NCBI GenBank assembly: GCA_963695095.1
Contig: CAVOFT010000001.1
Location: forward strand, 640,001-704,000
From: an uncultured bacterium
Lineage (GTDB): Bacteria; Krumholzibacteriota; Krumholzibacteriia; JACNKJ01
Direction: 5' to 3'
Length of the DNA stretch: 64,000 nucleotides
The notes below the pieces were generated by a model. The model was not told the DNA's origin. It worked only from the letters and a program-made list of their open reading frames with translations, and made no database searches. Below, piece after piece: positions 29,584 through 38,479 of this stretch (its first letter is position 1; every line of letters begins with the position of its first letter). A program made the position numbers and the translations under genes.

Positions 29584-32223
29584 GTGCAGGATCCCAACGA
29601 GACGATGGACGGCCTGGAGCGGCTGGAGAGCGGCCTTCCCCGGCGGGAGCCCTCGCGGCGGGTGCGCCGGCTGCTCTGGCGCCTGCGCCAGTCGTGGATG
29701 GTCGTCTTCGGCGTGGCCACGCTCGCCCTGGCCGCGGCGGCCGTCTTCGGGCCGCGCGGGTTGCGCGTCGAGCTGGGCCTGATCGGGGTCCTCTCCCTGC
29801 TCATGCTGCTCTTCCTGGCCCGCGAGGAGCGGGCCGCCCGCGCCGGCATCACGCGCGAGCGCTACCTCTGGGCCCGCCTGCGCGACCTCAGCCAGATCTG
29901 CGAGGTCGTGCTCGGCGTGCGCTCCACGGACGACGTGCACCATCTCGTCGGCATGGGCCTGCAGGAGGCCATGCTCCTGCTGCGCGCCGAGTTCGGCGCC
30001 CTGCTGCTGCAGGACACCGATGGCGACGACTACCTCACCGTCATCGGCTTCGCCGACCGCAAGTACGACCACCGGCCCTGGCTGATCGAGGTGCAGGGAC
30101 TGCTGCGCAGCCAGCCCTTCAACGCCCCGGTCTTCGTGCCGAACACGGAGACGGATGCGCAGTTCAGCCGGGCGGCGATGGTGGCCAAGGCGGGCCTCGG
30201 CTCCCTGGCCGCCGTGCGCTTCGGCAGCGGCGGCGAGGCGGCGGGCCTGCTCGTCGTCGGCAATCCCGAGCCCTGCGAGTTCCGCCGCGGCGACGAGAAG
30301 ACCTTCGAGCTGACCGCGCGCGTGATGATGAGCACGCTGCGCCACGGCCGCAAGCTGGACGAGTTCGCCGAGCAGATCGCCGACCTCAAGCGCGAGGTCG
30401 ACGAGCTGACCTACGCCAGCCAGGCCAAGAGCGAGTTCGCCTCCGTGGCCAGCCACGAGCTGAAGACGCCGCTGACGGCGATCAAGGCCTCGGTGGACAC
30501 GCTGCTCGCCAACGCCCGCCGCGGCGACCACGAGGCGACCGAGGAGTTCCTGCTGGTCATCCGCGAAGAGGCGGACCGCCTGATCGACATGACCGGCAAG
30601 ATCCTCGAGATCTCCGCGCTCGACTACAGCAATCGCGTCATGGAGCGGCGGCCCGTGCGCCTGCGCCGCGTCGTGGACTCCTGCGCGCAGGCGATGGAGG
30701 TGCATCTCCAGGAGAAGGACATGCACCTGGCCATCGAGGTGCCGCTGGACCTGCCGCCCGTCTTCGCCGATCCGGGCATGGTGCGCCAGGTGCTGATCAA
30801 CCTGATCGGCAACGCCATCAAGTTCAGCACCAGCGGCCAGCCGATCAGGGTCTCGGCGCGGCGGCACGACGATGCGATCGAAGTGCTGGTCGTCGACGAG
30901 GGCAGCGGCATTCCGCTCGAGGAGCAGCCGCACATCTTCGACCGCTTCTACCAGGGCAGCCGCCAGGGCGACAACCACAGCCAGAGCACGGGCCTGGGCC
31001 TGGCGATCGTCAAGGAGATCGTCGAGCAGCACCAGGGCCACGTGCGCGTGGAGAGCGCTCCCGGCGCCGGCGCCACCTTCATCTTCGACCTGCCCATCGC
31101 CCGCGACGGCTTCGGCCTCGAGGGCACGCCGCTCGAGCTGAAGCAGAGCGGCGAGGTGGAGGAGTTCCTGCGCCTGGCCGTGGACTGGATCGGGCACGTC
31201 AGTCGCGCCGAGGACTCCCTGCTCTTCCTCGGCAGCAGCGAGGAGCTGCAGCTCTACTGGGCCACCGAGGAGTGCGAGAACCTGCTGCAGGCGGCCAAGT
31301 GCGCGACCCAGGCCATCGAGCTGGGCGCGGGCCTCATCGTCAACGAGGCGGACGCCAGCCTGGTGGCCGTGCCGCTCTACTTCCGCGACCACATCGTGGG
31401 CAGCTTCGTGGGCCGGCGGCGCACGCCGGCCTTCCGCCAGGAGGACCAGCTCCTCGTCGAGAGCATCGTGGACCGCATCGGCCGCGTGATCGGCGAGGCC
31501 GCCGGCCAGCACGACCCGGGCCGCCTGCTGCGCCGGGCGATGCGCGCCGTGCGCGATCTGCTGCAGAGCAGCCAGCGCCGCGTGCCGACCAAGGTGGATC
31601 CGAGCCTGCTGGCCTGGGAGCTGGCCGACCGCGCCGGCGCCGACAAGGAGCTGGCCCGCGACGTGCGCCTGGCCACGAACTTCCACGACGTCGCCATGGC
31701 CCAGATCGGCCTCGACATCGAAAAGCAGGAGCGGCCGCTCAGCCCGACCGAGCGCCAGAAGCTGCACGAGCACCCGCGGCATGCGGCCCGGCTGCTCGAG
31801 GACATCCAGGCCATGGAGGCCGTGAGCACGATCGTCCTCCACCATCACGAGTGGGTGAACGGCGAGGGCTACCCGGACGGGCTCAGCGGCGAGGCGATCC
31901 CCCTCGGCGCGCGCATCGTGGCCATCATCGACGCCTACTGCTCGATGACGGCCCCGCGCAAGTACAAGCCCGTCCACGTGCCCCTGGAGGCCGCGCGCGA
32001 GCTGGTGCGCTTCTCCGGGCGCCAGTTCGATCCGCGCCTCGTCGTCCATTTCCTGCAGATGCTGCGCGACAAGGCCTGGATCGAGGCCGACGAAGTGGAA
32101 GCCCTGCTCGCGGAACAGCGCGAGCTGGCCGGGGAGCGCCTCCGCCGCAGCGGGCCCGGCGCAGGCCGGCCTTCAGTTGCCACCGTACCTGCCGATAACG
32201 AGAGCGAATCCGGGCTCGAGTGA
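29584..32223 (+). CDS. Membrane sensor: GAF, histidine kinase, GAF-like and HD-GYP domains
   Basis: Two N-terminal membrane segments; SHELKTPL, NLIGNAIKF, DEGSGI and GLGLAI; C-terminal FHD, HHHEWVNGEGYPDGLSGEAIPLGARI. Confidence 0.9.
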   Translation: MQDPNETMDGLERLESGLPRREPSRRVRRLLWRLRQSWMVVFGVATLALAAAAVFGPRGLRVELGLIGVLSLLMLLFLAREERAARAGITRERYLWARLRDLSQICEVVLGVRSTDDVHHLVGMGLQEAMLLLRAEFGALLLQDTDGDDYLTVIGFADRKYDHRPWLIEVQGLLRSQPFNAPVFVPNTETDAQFSRAAMVAKAGLGSLAAVRFGSGGEAAGLLVVGNPEPCEFRRGDEKTFELTARVMMSTLRHGRKLDEFAEQIADLKREVDELTYASQAKSEFASVASHELKTPLTAIKASVDTLLANARRGDHEATEEFLLVIREEADRLIDMTGKILEISALDYSNRVMERRPVRLRRVVDSCAQAMEVHLQEKDMHLAIEVPLDLPPVFADPGMVRQVLINLIGNAIKFSTSGQPIRVSARRHDDAIEVLVVDEGSGIPLEEQPHIFDRFYQGSRQGDNHSQSTGLGLAIVKEIVEQHQGHVRVESAPGAGATFIFDLPIARDGFGLEGTPLELKQSGEVEEFLRLAVDWIGHVSRAEDSLLFLGSSEELQLYWATEECENLLQAAKCATQAIELGAGLIVNEADASLVAVPLYFRDHIVGSFVGRRRTPAFRQEDQLLVESIVDRIGRVIGEAAGQHDPGRLLRRAMRAVRDLLQSSQRRVPTKVDPSLLAWELADRAGADKELARDVRLATNFHDVAMAQIGLDIEKQERPLSPTERQKLHEHPRHAARLLEDIQAMEAVSTIVLHHHEWVNGEGYPDGLSGEAIPLGARIVAIIDAYCSMTAPRKYKPVHVPLEAARELVRFSGRQFDPRLVVHFLQMLRDKAWIEADEVEALLAEQRELAGERLRRSGPGAGRPSVATVPADNESESGLE
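32172..32198 (+). promoter_or_regulatory. Second putative sigma28 promoter, inside the 3' end of the kinase gene
   Basis: TTCAGTTG-N11-GCCGATAA, 72 bp before the receiver gene start. Confidence 0.55.
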
Positions 32224-32270
32224 GCTCGCCGGCCCCCGCGGGGGCGCATCGACGAAGGAAAGGAGCCGCC

Positions 32271-32657
32271 GTGTTTCAGGGAAAAGTCCTGGTGGTCGAC
32301 GACGAGGTCTACATCCTGCACATCCTGGACTTCAGCCTGGGCGCCGAAGGCTACGAGGTAGTCACGGCCGCCAACGGTGAGCAGGCCCTCGAGAAGGCCG
32401 TGAGCGAGCGGCCGGATCTGATCGTCATGGACGTCATGATGCCCAAGCTGGACGGCTACGAGACCTGCCGGCGGCTCAAGGAAATGCCCGAGACCAAGCA
32501 CATCCCCGTGCTGCTGCTCACGGCCAAGGGCCGCGACATGGATCGCAAGAAGGGCTTCGAGGTGGGGGCGGACGACTACATCACCAAGCCCTTCAGCCCC
32601 AACAAGCTGATCGGGCGGGTGCAGGAGATCCTGGGCATCCAGGCCGGCGGCCAGTAG
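32271..32657 (+). CDS. Single-domain response regulator
   Basis: GTG after AAGGAG; VVDDE, MDVMMPKLDG, LLTA and TKPF. Confidence 0.92.
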   Translation: MFQGKVLVVDDEVYILHILDFSLGAEGYEVVTAANGEQALEKAVSERPDLIVMDVMMPKLDGYETCRRLKEMPETKHIPVLLLTAKGRDMDRKKGFEVGADDYITKPFSPNKLIGRVQEILGIQAGGQ

Positions 32658-32679
32658 ACCGCCACCGTACGCGCTGAGC

Positions 32680-32722
32680 GAGGGCCGCTCTTCCCTGCCG
32701 GGGAGGGGCGGCCCTCCCTCTT
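32680..32722 (+). terminator. Probable terminator hairpin
   Basis: GAGGGCCGCTCTTCCC/GGGGAGGGGCGGCCCTC with a weak pyrimidine tail. Confidence 0.55.
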
Positions 32723-32879
32723 GCGCCCCGCCCGGCGGGCTTGGCGATCACCATCATGGATTCCTTCGCAGAGGACCTTCCAGAAGAGAACCATCCTCGA
32801 GACCGAGTCGATTGCCCCGACCGCAGCAGAGGTGGTACAATATTGCCATCGTTGAGGGTCGCCCCTTTCATGGAGCGGT

Positions 32880-34391
32880 ATGCGAATCCTGCTGTGTTTG
32901 CTTTGGATTCTTGCGCTTGCGTCCGGGCCGGAAGCCGCCACCTACCACCTCGTCCCCGGCGGCGGGGACTTCCCCACGATCCAGGAAGCGATCGATGCGT
33001 GTGTGGATGGAGACTCCATCCTGCTCGCGGATGGCACCTACACTTTCGAGGACCCTCTGGGGCTGATCTTCTGGGGTAGGGACATTTTCTTCGGCTCGGA
33101 GAGCAACTCTCCGGCCGACTGCGTGATCGATGTGGGCTACTGGGGGGGCGGAGAGAAGTACGGATACGGATTCAATCTTTCCCAAGGTGAGAGTCGTGCG
33201 TGTGTGGTGCAGGGGCTCACCATCTGCGATGCAACTGGCGAGTTTGGCGGGGCATTCCACATCCGGGCCTCGTCGCCGATCGTGCGCAACTGCATCATCC
33301 GAGACAACTGGGCCAGTGTCGGCGGGGCTGGCGTCTACGCCCGGGAGAACTCAAACGCTCTGATCATTGACTGCCATATCTTCGCGAACCGGAGTTGGAT
33401 TCTGGGCAGTGCTGGGGCGGGTGTCAAGACGCAAGGTTCTGTGGAGATCGTGAACTGCGTCATCGAACACAACGTGGTTGGCGGGCCTGGGTTCTCCGGG
33501 CTTGGGGGAGGGATCTACTCCGTTGGGGCGGGCCTGATCAAGGACTGCATTATCCGCGACAACTTTGGCGGTGAGTACGGCGGGGGCATTGCCATTTCTG
33601 GTGGCGGGCGCATTGAGAACTGCCTGATCCATGACAATTGGGCCGAGATCGCAGGCGGCGGCATCGCCGCCTGGACCGTTCCCTGGGCCCAGGTTGATAT
33701 TGTGAACTGCTCGATCGTGAGGAACGAGGCCAGCGATGGCTCCGCGCTGCGGAACTCGAACTATCTCACCGGCTACGGCGGCGGCCCCGTTGTGCTTTCC
33801 GGCTGTATTGCGGCTCTGAACTCCGGACCGGGCGAGGCATTCCTCAGCGAGCTGGCTGGCGCCACATTCACCCTGAGTTGCAGTGATGTCTGGGGCAACC
33901 CGGGCGGAGACTGGACGGGGCCCATCGCGGGCCAGCTCGAGCTGGCTGGCAACCTGAATGTCGATCCGCTCTTCTGCGATGCCGAGGGCGGCGAGTTCAC
34001 CTTGAACGAAGCCTCGCCGTGCATGCCCGAGCACAACGATTGCGGGGTGCTGATCGGCGCCCTGGGCATGGGCTGCACGCTGACGGCGGTGCCGGGGGAA
34101 TCGCCCGCGCCGCTCCCGCAGCTCGCGCAGAATCACCCCAATCCCTTCAACGCCCGCACGAGCATCGTCTTTAGCTTGCCGGCTGCGGGTCCGGTGGACC
34201 TCCGGCTCTACGATCCGGCGGGGCGGGAGCGCGCGGCGCTGTTGGCCGGCGCTTGGCTCGAGGCCGGCACGCAGCGCCTGGACTGGGACGGCCGCGACGG
34301 CGAAGGCCGGGCCCTGCCCTCGGGTGTCTACCTCTACCGCCTCACGACCCCATGGGGCTCGCTCTCGCGCAAGCTCACGCTTCTGCAGTAG
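32880..34391 (+). CDS. Secreted right-handed beta-helix protein with FlgD-Ig/T9SS-like C-terminal domain
   Basis: Signal peptide; FPTIQEAID; GGGI and NCxIxxN repeats; DPLFC..SPC..LIGA..GC; QNHPNPFN..KLTLLQ. Confidence 0.85.
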   Translation: MRILLCLLWILALASGPEAATYHLVPGGGDFPTIQEAIDACVDGDSILLADGTYTFEDPLGLIFWGRDIFFGSESNSPADCVIDVGYWGGGEKYGYGFNLSQGESRACVVQGLTICDATGEFGGAFHIRASSPIVRNCIIRDNWASVGGAGVYARENSNALIIDCHIFANRSWILGSAGAGVKTQGSVEIVNCVIEHNVVGGPGFSGLGGGIYSVGAGLIKDCIIRDNFGGEYGGGIAISGGGRIENCLIHDNWAEIAGGGIAAWTVPWAQVDIVNCSIVRNEASDGSALRNSNYLTGYGGGPVVLSGCIAALNSGPGEAFLSELAGATFTLSCSDVWGNPGGDWTGPIAGQLELAGNLNVDPLFCDAEGGEFTLNEASPCMPEHNDCGVLIGALGMGCTLTAVPGESPAPLPQLAQNHPNPFNARTSIVFSLPAAGPVDLRLYDPAGRERAALLAGAWLEAGTQRLDWDGRDGEGRALPSGVYLYRLTTPWGSLSRKLTLLQ

Positions 34392-34523
34392 AGCTTGCTG
34401 CCAGACGGTCATCATTGACAAGGTCCAGGGGGGCGAGGCAGTCTCATGTGGTCGTTGGTCACCATCAAGGGGGTGTGCTAGTGAGGTGCCGACCCAGCCA
34501 GCGCCGCCGCGGACGCCTAATTC

Positions 34524-35841
34524 GAGTCTGTAAGGTTTTCTGTGTAACTGGCCTTGGGCTACACTCTATCGGAGGAGAGCGACCATGGCCAAACCAGATC
34601 CTGTGGACAAGCTGATCGACGAGCTGATCCTGGGCAAGCAGCCCGAGGAGATCCTCGGCAAGGACGGCGTGCTCAAGCAGCTCACGAAGCGGCTTGTCGA
34701 GCGCGCCCTCGAAGGCGAGATGACCCACCACCTGGGCTACGCGCCGCATGCCCCCGAGGGCCGGGGCAGCGGCAATTCACGCAACGGCAAGACGAGCAAG
34801 ACCCTGCTGGCCGAGAGCGGGGAACTGGAGATCACCGTGCCCCGCGACCGCAGCGGCGAGTTCGAGCCGGTGCTCGTCCCCAAGCGCCAGCGCCGGCTCG
34901 CCGGCTTCGACGACAAGGTGATCGCGCTCTACGCACGGGGCCTGACGACGCGCGAGATCCAGGCTCACCTCGAGGAGCTCTACGGCGTCGAGGTCTCGCC
35001 GCAACTGATCTCGGCGGTAACCGACGCGGTGCTGGACGAGGTCGCAGCCTGGCAGAACCGGCCGCTGGATCCGGTCTATCCGATCGTCTACTTGGATGCG
35101 ATCCATCTCAAGCTGCGCAGCGAGGGCCGCGTGCAAAACCAGGCGGTCTACCTGGCGCTGGGGATCACGCTCGAGGGGAGGAAGGAGCTGCTCGGCCTGT
35201 GGATCGGCGAGAGCGAAGGGGCCAAGTTCTGGCTGGGCGTGATCACGGAGCTGCGAAACCGTGGGCTGCAGGACATCCTGATCGCCTGCGTGGATGGGCT
35301 GAAGGGCTTCCCCGAAGCGATCGAGACGGTCTACCCGCGGACGCAGGTGCAACTGTGCATCATCCACATGGTGCGCCATTCGCTCAAGTACGTGGGCTGG
35401 AAGGAGCGCAAGGCGGTGGCGGCGGATCTGCGGACGATCTACACGGCGGCCACGGCCGAGGCCGGGGAGCAGGCGCTGACGGCCTTCGAGGCGAAGTGGG
35501 GAGCGCGCTACCCGTCGATCGGCAAGAGCTGGCGGGCCAACTGGGCGAACCTGATCCCGTTCTACAGCTACCCGCCGGCAATCCGGAAGGTGATCTACAC
35601 GACGAACGCGATCGAGTCGATGCAGGCGAGCCTGCGCAAGCTGCTGCGGCATCGGGGTGCTTTCCCGAACGCGGAGAGCGTGCGCAAGGTGCTATACTTG
35701 GCGCTGCAGCGGATCGCAAAGGGCTGGAAGCGGCCGGTCCTGGACTGGGTCGCGGCCCTGAATCACTTCAGCGTGGTGTTTGAGGGGAGAATCTAGCGGT
35801 GAATCGAGATGGGTCAGTTACACAGAAATCTGGACACACTC
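34524..35841 (+). mobile_element. IS256-family insertion sequence (1318 bp)
   Basis: Imperfect terminal inverted repeats GAGTCTGTAAGGTTTTCTGTGTAACTGGCC (left) and GAGTGTGTCCAGATTTCTGTGTAACTGACC (right, reverse complement); no direct target repeat seen. Confidence 0.92.
34585..35796 (+). CDS. IS256-family (Mutator-type) DDE transposase
   Basis: RNG..VPRDR..FEP, YPIVYLDA, CVDGLKGF, QLCIIH and YTTNAIES. Confidence 0.97.
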   Translation: MAKPDPVDKLIDELILGKQPEEILGKDGVLKQLTKRLVERALEGEMTHHLGYAPHAPEGRGSGNSRNGKTSKTLLAESGELEITVPRDRSGEFEPVLVPKRQRRLAGFDDKVIALYARGLTTREIQAHLEELYGVEVSPQLISAVTDAVLDEVAAWQNRPLDPVYPIVYLDAIHLKLRSEGRVQNQAVYLALGITLEGRKELLGLWIGESEGAKFWLGVITELRNRGLQDILIACVDGLKGFPEAIETVYPRTQVQLCIIHMVRHSLKYVGWKERKAVAADLRTIYTAATAEAGEQALTAFEAKWGARYPSIGKSWRANWANLIPFYSYPPAIRKVIYTTNAIESMQASLRKLLRHRGAFPNAESVRKVLYLALQRIAKGWKRPVLDWVAALNHFSVVFEGRI

Positions 35842-35842
35842 C

Positions 35843-36088
35843 AATGAGGACGTTTCGCTTGATGCTGCTGCCATCCTCGCACTGCCGCTCGAGGCCACGA
35901 AATACGGCATCGCGGAATCTGCGGGCCAGGTGACGATTGCGGTCGATGTCTCGAGAGCTCTGCGGGGGTTCATCGATGGCAATGCCCAGAGGCTGGAGTT
36001 GATTGTCGGGAGGTTCTCGCTCGACACAGTGGCTGGCTGCAATCTTGGAGGCGTGGGCGCAATGGCCCTCAGGGTCACCTCGCTCTGA
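35843..36088 (+). pseudogene. Probable 3' remnant of a gene truncated at the IS end
   Basis: Open frame starts right at the right inverted repeat and reads as protein-like (VTIAVDVSRALRGFIDG) to a TGA; no start or RBS. Confidence 0.4.
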
Positions 36089-36241
36089 GCAGCTCGACGA
36101 TCGAATCCTAACCACCGCCGAGTTGATCTCTCCAGGAACGGGCGGACTTGGAACCCTGACGGCCGCAGCTTCCGAGCAGTTCGGCCAATTGCCGGCGGAT
36201 CCGCCGGGATGAGTTGCCTCCTGCAACTAGGAAGGAGCCCC

Positions 36242-38311
36242 GTGAGCGAGCGCTTCGTGGACGTGGCGCTCCCCCTGCCCCTGGACCGCAGCTTCAGCTA
36301 CCGCCTGCCCGCCGAGATGCCCCTGCCCGCGCCCGGCAGCCGCGTGCGCGTGCCCTTCGGCGCCGGCGAGGAGACGGGCTTCGTCCTCGGCAGCCTGGCG
36401 GCCGGCCAGCTCGAAGCCGGCCTGCGCGCCGCCCCCGCCAAGATCAAGCCCGTCAGCGAACTGCTCGATGCCGAGCCCTGGCTCGACGCCGGGCTCCTGC
36501 GCCTGGCCCGCTGGCTGGCCGACTACTATGCCGCCGGCCTGGGCGAGGTGCTGCGCAGCATGCTGCCGATCAAGGCGATGAAGCGGCCGCGTGCGCCCGC
36601 GGCGCCGCCCCTGCCGCCGCCGGACGCGCCCCAGCGCCTCACCCCGGCCCAGGCCGCCGCCCTGGCGGCCGTCGTGGCGGCCCTCGATACGGGCGCCTTC
36701 GCGCGCTTCCTCCTCGACGGCGTCACCGGCAGCGGCAAGACCGAGGTCTACCTGCAGGCCATCGTCCACTGCCTGTCGCAGGGGCGCCAGGCCATCGTCC
36801 TCGTGCCGGAGATCAGCCTCACGCCCCAGGCCGCCCAGCGCTTCCGCGCCCGCCTGGGCGAAGGCGTGGGCGTCTTCCACAGCGGCCTCGCGGCGGGCGA
36901 GCGCTACGCCGTCTGGGAGGGGCTGCGCGCCGGGCGCCTGCAGGTGGTGCTCGGCCCGCGCTCGGCGGTCTTCGCGCCCTGCCCGCGCCTGGGCCTGGTG
37001 GTCATCGACGAGGAGCACGACAGCTCCTACAAGCAGACGGAAAAGCCCCGCTACCACGCCCGCAGCGTGGCCATGCTGCGCGCCCGCGACGCCGGGGCGG
37101 TGGTGCTCCTCGGCAGCGCCACGCCCGCGCTCGAGAGCCTGCACAACGTCCACCGGGGCAAGTACCGGCGGCTGGAGCTGCCCGAGCGCGTAGCCGGGGG
37201 ACAGCGTCCTATGATCGAGATCCTCCCCATGGCCGCCGAGACCGGCCTGCTGGCGGCGCCGCTCGTGGAGGCCATCGGCGCCTGCGTCGAGCAGGGCGAG
37301 AAGGCCATCCTCCTGCTCAATCGCAGGGGGCACAGCCGGCTGCGCCTGTGCCGCGACTGCGGCTACCTGCGCCGCTGCGGCCGCTGCGAGATCCCCCTGG
37401 TCTATCACTCGCGCCGCGAGCGCCTCATCTGCCACTACTGCGGCCAGGCGCGCCCGCCCGAGCCCGTCTGCGCGGACTGCGGCGGCCGCCGCTGGGTCCT
37501 GCTCGGCGCCGGCACCCAGCAGCTCGAGCTGGAGCTGGGTCTGCGCTGGCCCGAGCTGCCGCTGCATCGCATGGATCTGGACAGCACCCGGCGCCGCGGC
37601 GCCCATGGGGACATCCTGGCGGCCTTCGCGGCGCCGGGGCCCTCCCTGCTCCTGGGCACGCAGATGATCGCCAAGGGCCACCACTTTCCCGAGGTGACCC
37701 TGGTGGGGGTGGTCGACGCCGATCTGGGGCTCTTCCTGCCCGACTTCCGGGCCGCCGAGCGGAGCTGGCAGCTCCTGGAGCAGGTGGCCGGCCGCAGCGG
37801 CCGCGGTGCGCGACCGGGCCGCGTGCTGGTGCAGACCTATGCCCCAGAGCACCCGCTCCTGGCCGCCCTCGCCGCGGGCGAGCTGGCCGGGCTCGTGGAG
37901 CGCGAACTCGCTGAGCGCCGGGCCCTGGGCTACCCGCCCTATCGGCGCCTGCTCTCGCTGCTGATCACGGCCCCGGAGGAGGAGCTGGCCCGGCAGGCCG
38001 CTCAGCGCCTCGGGGCGGCGCTCGCCGAGCGCTGGCCGGAGGCCCTCAGCGAGCCTCCGGGCATCCCGGCGGCCCCGACGTCCGGGGGCTCCGGAGGAGC
38101 AGCCCGGACTCGGATCGAAATCCTGGGTCCCGTCGAGGGCTACCCCGCACGGCTCAAGGACCGCTTTCGCCAGCAGCTCCTGCTCAAGGGCCCTCTCGAC
38201 GCCGGCCAGAAGCGCGCCATCGCGCCGCTCTTCGCCGATATCGCCAAGCGTCTGGGCCGCAGCGGCGCCCTCGGCCTGGAGATCGACGTCGATCCCGAGA
38301 GCCTCCTGTGA
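36242..38311 (+). CDS. priA: Primosomal protein N' (replication restart helicase)
   Basis: GVTGSGKTEVY, LVPEISLTPQ, DEEH, GSATP, four CxxC motifs, GTQMIAKG and QVAGRSGR. Confidence 0.96.
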   Translation: MSERFVDVALPLPLDRSFSYRLPAEMPLPAPGSRVRVPFGAGEETGFVLGSLAAGQLEAGLRAAPAKIKPVSELLDAEPWLDAGLLRLARWLADYYAAGLGEVLRSMLPIKAMKRPRAPAAPPLPPPDAPQRLTPAQAAALAAVVAALDTGAFARFLLDGVTGSGKTEVYLQAIVHCLSQGRQAIVLVPEISLTPQAAQRFRARLGEGVGVFHSGLAAGERYAVWEGLRAGRLQVVLGPRSAVFAPCPRLGLVVIDEEHDSSYKQTEKPRYHARSVAMLRARDAGAVVLLGSATPALESLHNVHRGKYRRLELPERVAGGQRPMIEILPMAAETGLLAAPLVEAIGACVEQGEKAILLLNRRGHSRLRLCRDCGYLRRCGRCEIPLVYHSRRERLICHYCGQARPPEPVCADCGGRRWVLLGAGTQQLELELGLRWPELPLHRMDLDSTRRRGAHGDILAAFAAPGPSLLLGTQMIAKGHHFPEVTLVGVVDADLGLFLPDFRAAERSWQLLEQVAGRSGRGARPGRVLVQTYAPEHPLLAALAAGELAGLVERELAERRALGYPPYRRLLSLLITAPEEELARQAAQRLGAALAERWPEALSEPPGIPAAPTSGGSGGAARTRIEILGPVEGYPARLKDRFRQQLLLKGPLDAGQKRAIAPLFADIAKRLGRSGALGLEIDVDPESLL

Positions 38312-38337
38312 GCCGCCGCGGCGCGGGCCCCGCGGTC

Positions 38338-38366
38338 TTGACATTTCTCCATGTGGTCGCTAGGTT
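38338..38366 (+). promoter_or_regulatory. sigma70 promoter
   Basis: TTGACA, 17 bp, TAGGTT. Confidence 0.7.
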
Positions 38367-38479
38367 TGCGCTGGTCCGCCCCTCGACCCATCATTCTCTC
38401 GTACAGCAAAATTGCCGGTTCTGGCCGCCGCGCGGCCGGCCCTGCGGGCGCCTCTCGATCCAAGGAGGACGGTTCTGGG

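Noticed and set aside
28462..32049. 1195 aa minus-strand ORF and other long antisense or alternative-frame ORFs (e.g. 18015-20627, 36227-38344, 40004-41764, 29694-32198)
   Set aside because: Shadow frames of well-supported genes in high-GC DNA; Arg/Ala/Gly-rich with no recognisable motifs.
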